This document shows positions 58,972 to 64,000 of a DNA stretch of 64,000 nt, one piece after another. The notes beneath the pieces were generated by a model. It searched no databases and was not told the DNA's origin. It saw only the letters and a list, made by a program, of their open reading frames with translations. Every line of letters begins with the position of its first letter. The first letter of the stretch is position 1. The position numbers were made by a program, and so were the translations under genes. Source of the stretch: a virus; the IMG/VR virus record IMGVR_UViG_2551306393_000012; one strand, given 5' to 3'.

Positions 58972-61614
58972 TTGATAACTATTCGCAAGGATACAGAGAT
59001 AAAAAACATACGCTTATCCCTTGCTAAGCCAGATAAGACTAAAATAGCCAACATTGATGAAGTTCTGAATCCAACTGTAACTTTAAATCATGGAAGCAGC
59101 GTTCACGAACTCTCCTTCTCTATTCCGCTTAAGGCCACCTATGATGGGGTCACTAAAAGGAATCATGTTGTAGATTTACTAAAACCCTGGTACCTAATTA
59201 AAACTGAGTTCTATGGGCTTGCGATTTGGTTTATTATCACAAAAAGAACCAAGTCTTTCAGCAGTGAAATGGATACTGTACAAATTGAGTGCAGATCTCT
59301 TCAACATGAATTGAGTAGAATAAACGTTCTTAAATATGAGGAGACATCTAAAAATCTCCAGGAAGTAGTTACAGACTGTTTAAAGAATACCAGTTGGACG
59401 GTTGGATACATTGATACTCTCTTTAACATAAAACGGAGACAGTTTGACGTATCATCAACTAACAAGCTTGATTTTTTATATTCAATCTGCGAGAAGTTCG
59501 ATGCAGTCCCAGTCTTTGATACAGTAAATGAAACTGTAAGCTTTTATAAAGAATCAGACATTTCGAAATACAAAGGCCTTAAACTGAACCCTCGGCAATA
59601 TATGATTAGCATGGACGATTCTGATGATGCAGACGAATTGGTAACAAGACTGTATGCTACTGGAAAAGATGGCATAAGTATTAATTCAGTGAACCCGACT
59701 GGCCAATCGTACATTGATGATTTCTCTTATTTCCTCTTCCCCTTTCAACGTGATGAACAACGAAATGTAATTTCCCACAGTGCTTATATGCCCGATGAAC
59801 TTTGTCATGCAATTCTTGATTACAATGACCTTGTTAATAACGAAGGAAATGCGTTTAATAAACTTCTCACACAAAAGAACGCAGTTGAAACTGGTTTAAC
59901 CGAATTGAATAATGAGCTTTACACCCTTGACCTTGAAGTCCAAAAGATATTAGATCGAATTGAAGTTGCGAAGAAAGCTGGAGATGACACAAGTCAACTG
60001 AAAGCTCAACTCGCCATAAAGCAGAAAGCAGTTGTAGAAAAGAAAAACCAAATTGCTACGTTTGAAACAACAATTTCTCAAATATCTGCTTCAATTTCCA
60101 AGCTTAAAGAAAAGCTCTCTTTTGAGAACAATTTTAGTGAAAATCAGCAAAAACTGCTCTCACGTTTCATTTCGACAACTGAATGGTCAAATGACAGCAT
60201 CTATGATGAGAATGAACTTTATGATGATGCCAACGAAGAACTCGAAAGTCGTAATACACCGCCAGTGAATGTAACACTCGATATAGTAAACTTTTTTAAC
60301 TGTCTTAGTGAAAAACATAACTGGGATAGGTTCAGTTTAGGAGACATAGTACGAGTTCAACAAAGTGATTTAAATACCGATATTAAAGCCATACTTTCAG
60401 CAATAACAATTGATTTTGAACAATCAAATATTAGTGTCACAGTTACAAATGGAAAAAGAGTTCAATCTGATTTTGAGAAAATTATAAAGACCGTTTACAG
60501 AACCAACAAAATAAGTACTGAATTAAACAAAAGAAAGATTGAATGGGACAAAGTAACTGAAAACTTCAATATCCGAAATGACAGAATCTCAGTGCAGCCT
60601 GCACCTCCTACCATTGCTTCTGATGGCACTGCAATTACCCATAAAGTAAATGATAACGGGTCAGTTGATATAACCATTCAGTGGAACTATGTTGATTCCG
60701 ATGAGGACAAATACAACATTGATGGATTTGAGGTTTACTTACATGGTAGTGATGACAATGAGGAGTACACATTTGGCTCTGTGCAAGCCAGTGAAAATTT
60801 ACAAAATGTTAAATATGACAGGCGCACAGCTACTTTTACCGGCTTGCCTTCAAATATGTACTATACGATTGGTGTTCAAGCATATCGAAGAGTAGATGCA
60901 GATATTGATAGTAATCAAATTCTTCTTTCGGATATAGTTAAATCAAGTCATCCTTCTGAAAACCCCTACCTCCCTTCTCCTTCTATTGAAGTAAAAGGAA
61001 GCCTTAGTGGAAAAGTTAATGGTCTCTATACAATCTCCACGGAAGCTAAGCCAGAAGATCCAGAAAAAGGGACAATCTGGATTAATCCTCAGAACAATAA
61101 ACAAGAACTGTTTAACGGAGAAGAATGGATTGTCTCATCTGCAGGTTCAGCAGACTCCTTAAATGGTTTTACAGCTTCTACAACCACCTCGCCAAATTCA
61201 ATACCAGTGCGCAATGAATTAGGAATTATTAGTGGTTCAATAGACGGTAATGCAGAGTTGTTAGGTGGACGAGCAGCATCAGATTATGCATTAGCTGAAA
61301 ATATCCCCCTACCTCCTAAATTCGCAAAGGGTGTTTATATAGGAGACGGTACTCCAAGTAAACAAATCCCCCTCTCTTTTACTCCAGATCTAGTCAAAAT
61401 AACTCCAATTTCAACTGAAGACAGTATGCTGGTTATTGAAAGTCCTACAGGTGGTTATGCCTATCAATGTACAGCGTCTGGTTTCTCTCTAATTGGCGGA
61501 GATTTAAGCTACGGAGCTTTAGGCGATAAAATCTTTTTAACTGGCTCAGATGAAAATTTTAGAGGAAACAAATTAAATGTCAAATATATATGGGAAGCTT
61601 ACCAGCAAAATTAA
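58972..61614 (+). CDS. yomG: Tail hub / endopeptidase-like protein with an FN3 domain
   Basis: [12 protein letters not shown], coiled coil, FN3-like [18 protein letters not shown]. Confidence 0.8.
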   Translation: MITIRKDTEIKNIRLSLAKPDKTKIANIDEVLNPTVTLNHGSSVHELSFSIPLKATYDGVTKRNHVVDLLKPWYLIKTEFYGLAIWFIITKRTKSFSSEMDTVQIECRSLQHELSRINVLKYEETSKNLQEVVTDCLKNTSWTVGYIDTLFNIKRRQFDVSSTNKLDFLYSICEKFDAVPVFDTVNETVSFYKESDISKYKGLKLNPRQYMISMDDSDDADELVTRLYATGKDGISINSVNPTGQSYIDDFSYFLFPFQRDEQRNVISHSAYMPDELCHAILDYNDLVNNEGNAFNKLLTQKNAVETGLTELNNELYTLDLEVQKILDRIEVAKKAGDDTSQLKAQLAIKQKAVVEKKNQIATFETTISQISASISKLKEKLSFENNFSENQQKLLSRFISTTEWSNDSIYDENELYDDANEELESRNTPPVNVTLDIVNFFNCLSEKHNWDRFSLGDIVRVQQSDLNTDIKAILSAITIDFEQSNISVTVTNGKRVQSDFEKIIKTVYRTNKISTELNKRKIEWDKVTENFNIRNDRISVQPAPPTIASDGTAITHKVNDNGSVDITIQWNYVDSDEDKYNIDGFEVYLHGSDDNEEYTFGSVQASENLQNVKYDRRTATFTGLPSNMYYTIGVQAYRRVDADIDSNQILLSDIVKSSHPSENPYLPSPSIEVKGSLSGKVNGLYTISTEAKPEDPEKGTIWINPQNNKQELFNGEEWIVSSAGSADSLNGFTASTTTSPNSIPVRNELGIISGSIDGNAELLGGRAASDYALAENIPLPPKFAKGVYIGDGTPSKQIPLSFTPDLVKITPISTEDSMLVIESPTGGYAYQCTASGFSLIGGDLSYGALGDKIFLTGSDENFRGNKLNVKYIWEAYQQN

Positions 61615-61620
61615 ACGGAG

Positions 61621-62451
61621 GTGATTAATCTGACCGACTTTGCTGAATTGTATAACGATCCAATTTTAAGTAAAAAAAGAAAAGGTTCAGTTGATGATCC
61701 CTATCTGACTTATAATGAGACATTAACTGTCTATAACGGCAGAGTACTTCTGACTGAGATTCCAAACAGAGAGTTTCGTGTCGAAGTTATAGGAAGTAAC
61801 AAGGAATGGCGAGAAATTGAAGATGGTGAGCTTGAAGACAATTATTTTAAGGTTGATTACCTTATGGGTGTTGTCTTTTTTAATGTTTCAAATGAAGGAA
61901 AATCACTTACCTTTAATTACAGTGGTGAAGGTGCCTCCTTCTTCCCTGCCTCTCGAATTTGGATAAAACGACAAGGGAATATGGTTATTGAAACTCTTCA
62001 AGGACTTATCGATGAAGCTGAAGATACAATAATTCGAATGAATGAACGTATAGCTGAATGTGAACGAGTTACAAAACGATGCCAAGAAGTGACAGCCTGG
62101 TGTAGACAGGCTACATCAAATTATGAAGAAGTTGTAGAAAACACAAGAAAAATTTATAAACCATCTGTCTATACCTATTCAGATATTTTCACCTATTACC
62201 CAACCCCACAGATTGGTTGGACGGTGACTGTTAAAGAAACAAAAATTGTTTATCGGTGGGATGGATTTGAGTGGGTAGATATTGGAACTTCCGAAGTATA
62301 TGAAGGTTTTAATATACTGCTAAGCGCAACAGAACCATTTAATGCAAATTATATCTGGTATAAGGATGCCTCTTTTTCACCTGAGAAAAAACGAGTGGTT
62401 GTTTCAGATACAGCACCAGATTCAGGACAAGTATGGTACAAAACTGACTAA
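61621..62451 (+). CDS. yomF: YomF-like baseplate protein
   Basis: Synteny; coiled coil plus CBM-like tail. Confidence 0.7.
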   Translation: MINLTDFAELYNDPILSKKRKGSVDDPYLTYNETLTVYNGRVLLTEIPNREFRVEVIGSNKEWREIEDGELEDNYFKVDYLMGVVFFNVSNEGKSLTFNYSGEGASFFPASRIWIKRQGNMVIETLQGLIDEAEDTIIRMNERIAECERVTKRCQEVTAWCRQATSNYEEVVENTRKIYKPSVYTYSDIFTYYPTPQIGWTVTVKETKIVYRWDGFEWVDIGTSEVYEGFNILLSATEPFNANYIWYKDASFSPEKKRVVVSDTAPDSGQVWYKTD

Positions 62452-62487
62452 GATCCCCTTTGGGATCTTTTTTATTGGAGGAAAGTT

Positions 62488-64000
62488 ATGGCTGGTTTTT
62501 ATAGATATGATCAAAATTTAGATAAATATGTTCCGATGCCTGTTGAACTACTGGCTTCAGAAGGAGAAGAATACACTGCTCCTAAGATTACTCAGAAGTT
62601 TAACGAAGTAGAAACGAAAACAACAGAAATTTTAAACAAGGTATTAACCGATGACAGGTACTTTACAGTAACAAGCTCTTTTAAACAGGATACCACTCTC
62701 GGTATTGAGTACTATGTTACAAAGGTTACTCCTAAAACAACCGAAGCTAAAAAAAGTATGGTTCAAAAAACGTTTGCATATGACTTTGAAAAATCCATTG
62801 ACCCCTCATCTTCTTATTTTGGTACAACAAATCGTGAAACAGTTTTAAGTATGGCCAAACGAAAAAGATCTGTTGTTGCAATAAACGCTAGTGGTTGGCG
62901 ATCAAATGGTGAAGTCATGGGGCTTCAAATTAAAGACGGAGTTCTCTACAAAGATTATGACGCTGCTGGATACACAGGCGCTGAGGCTTGTGTATTTTTT
63001 GATGATGGAACTATGAAGGTTTACGGAAACAGAGAAGTTGATGCCGACATCCTAATTTCTAAAGGCGCACGAAACTCTTTTGCTTTTGGCATTTGGCTAG
63101 TTAAAGATTCTAAGCCAAGAACGGCTCAAATGACTACATGGGCAGATTTAAATGTTAAGCATCCTCGACAAGCCATTGGGCAAAGATCTGATGGTACACT
63201 AGTTATCATTACTGTAGATGGCCGCTCACTTCGATCCAGTGGTATTACAGCTTATGATATGCCATCTTTATTTTTATCTGAAGGCTGTATTAATGCATTT
63301 CTTTTAGATGGTGGTGGAAGCTCTCAAACTGCTGTTGAAGGAAAATATATTAATAACATTAGTGATGGCATTGAACGTGCAGTGGTCGATACCTTAACAA
63401 TTTCATATCCTGATGACGATACAGATAGCAGATTTTTTGAAGTTCAAGAAGGAAGAGGTTTGGCAACAAGTCTAAACAGACGTGTAGAGTTTATTGAATC
63501 CAAGCCCACTTGGAATGTATTAGATTTAGGCTTCTCACCAGATGGCTTAATCGATAATACAGCTAAGTTTAAAAAAGCCCTTAGTGATTTATCTGAAAAA
63601 GGTGGAGGGAAACTACATTTTCCGAAAGGTACATATTTAATCGGTAAGCAGAATACAACTAGCGCTAGTGAAAAAATTGAACTCCCTTCAAATGTCTCAA
63701 TTGTTGGTGAAAGACGATCCTACACTAAACTCCTTCGAAATCCAAATCACTCACTTGATGAATTGTTGCGAATCACAGATCACAATTATATAGAAGGCAT
63801 TGAAATTGATGGCAATAGCAGTGTAAATAAGAGTAGCTGCCGATTGATCGCAGGTGGAAATATAAAATCATTTAAAATGAAAGACTGCAGCTTGGTCAAT
63901 GCTACAGACCGAGGAGTGAGTATTCACGGGATCGGCAAGTCTATAACGATTGAAGGAATGTATATTTCCAATATAGCCAACGAGTGCATCAACGTTGCTG
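62488..64000 (+). CDS. yomE: Tail spike (runs off the window end) with a NAGPA phosphodiester-glycosidase domain and a pectate-lyase-like beta-helix
   Basis: Not in the ORF track. Manual translation from ATG 62488: INASGW, HPRQAIG, ITVDGR, LDGGGSS (NAGPA), then DNTAKFKKAL...GGGKLHFPKGTYL (Pectate_lyase_3 start). Confidence 0.8.
   Translation, partial: MAGFYRYDQNLDKYVPMPVELLASEGEEYTAPKITQKFNEVETKTTEILNKVLTDDRYFTVTSSFKQDTTLGIEYYVTKVTPKTTEAKKSMVQKTFAYDFEKSIDPSSSYFGTTNRETVLSMAKRKRSVVAINASGWRSNGEVMGLQIKDGVLYKDYDAAGYTGAEACVFFDDGTMKVYGNREVDADILISKGARNSFAFGIWLVKDSKPRTAQMTTWADLNVKHPRQAIGQRSDGTLVIITVDGRSLRSSGITAYDMPSLFLSEGCINAFLLDGGGSSQTAVEGKYINNISDGIERAVVDTLTISYPDDDTDSRFFEVQEGRGLATSLNRRVEFIESKPTWNVLDLGFSPDGLIDNTAKFKKALSDLSEKGGGKLHFPKGTYLIGKQNTTSASEKIELPSNVSIVGERRSYTKLLRNPNHSLDELLRITDHNYIEGIEIDGNSSVNKSSCRLIAGGNIKSFKMKDCSLVNATDRGVSIHGIGKSITIEGMYISNIANECINVA

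Larger units (their letters stand above)
1..64000. mobile_element. SPbeta-like prophage (internal segment, both ends outside the window)
   Basis: Gene order aimR ... yonV-yonU-yoyJ-yonT / yonP-yonO-yonN ... yonK-yonA, yomZ-yomE matches recalled SPbeta synteny; recognisable AimR, YonT, YomS, YonO and YomI sequences. Confidence 0.97.

Noticed and set aside
2756-62085. Many 60-140 aa antisense or nested ORFs in the track
   Set aside because: Shadows of long genes on the opposite strand or in alternative frames, without SDs.
1-64000. CRISPR array or IS element
   Set aside because: No regularly spaced repeat-spacer units and no transposase motifs seen.

Overview
The whole window is the central part of an AT-rich SPbeta-like Bacillus prophage. 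Left arm (minus strand): 5' part of an SPbeta-type aimR, an accessory block, a GC-richer island, a UvrD/antirepressor-like block, yonV, and the yonT/yoyJ/SR6 toxin-antitoxin locus. After a ~950-nt noncoding strand switch, the plus strand carries the YonO RNA polymerase, the HU homologue, a long structured noncoding region, and the complete head and tail module up to a tail spike cut by the window end. Highlights: (1) a GC-richer island at ~4.4-12.1 kb encoding ParM-like actin, a ParR-like adaptor with phased repeats, an M23 peptidase, VirB2-like and VirB6-like membrane proteins and an FtsK translocase, with no relaxase or VirB4 (candidate segregation and dsDNA-transfer module); (2) an ORF-less 400-nt group I intron in yonO, with a free-standing GIY-YIG gene nearby (possible collaborative homing); (3) a 439-aa LAGLIDADG intein in the terminase P-loop; (4) a tRNA-like RNA whose anticodon arm is replaced by ~85 nt, followed by long-stem ncRNA domains; (5) a GIY-YIG nuclease fused to a copy of the YonV C-terminal domain; (6) a DUF3990-like ART-fold gene pair; (7) a NAGPA plus beta-helix tail spike. 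Gene names come from recalled SPbeta sequences, lengths and synteny, not from a database search.
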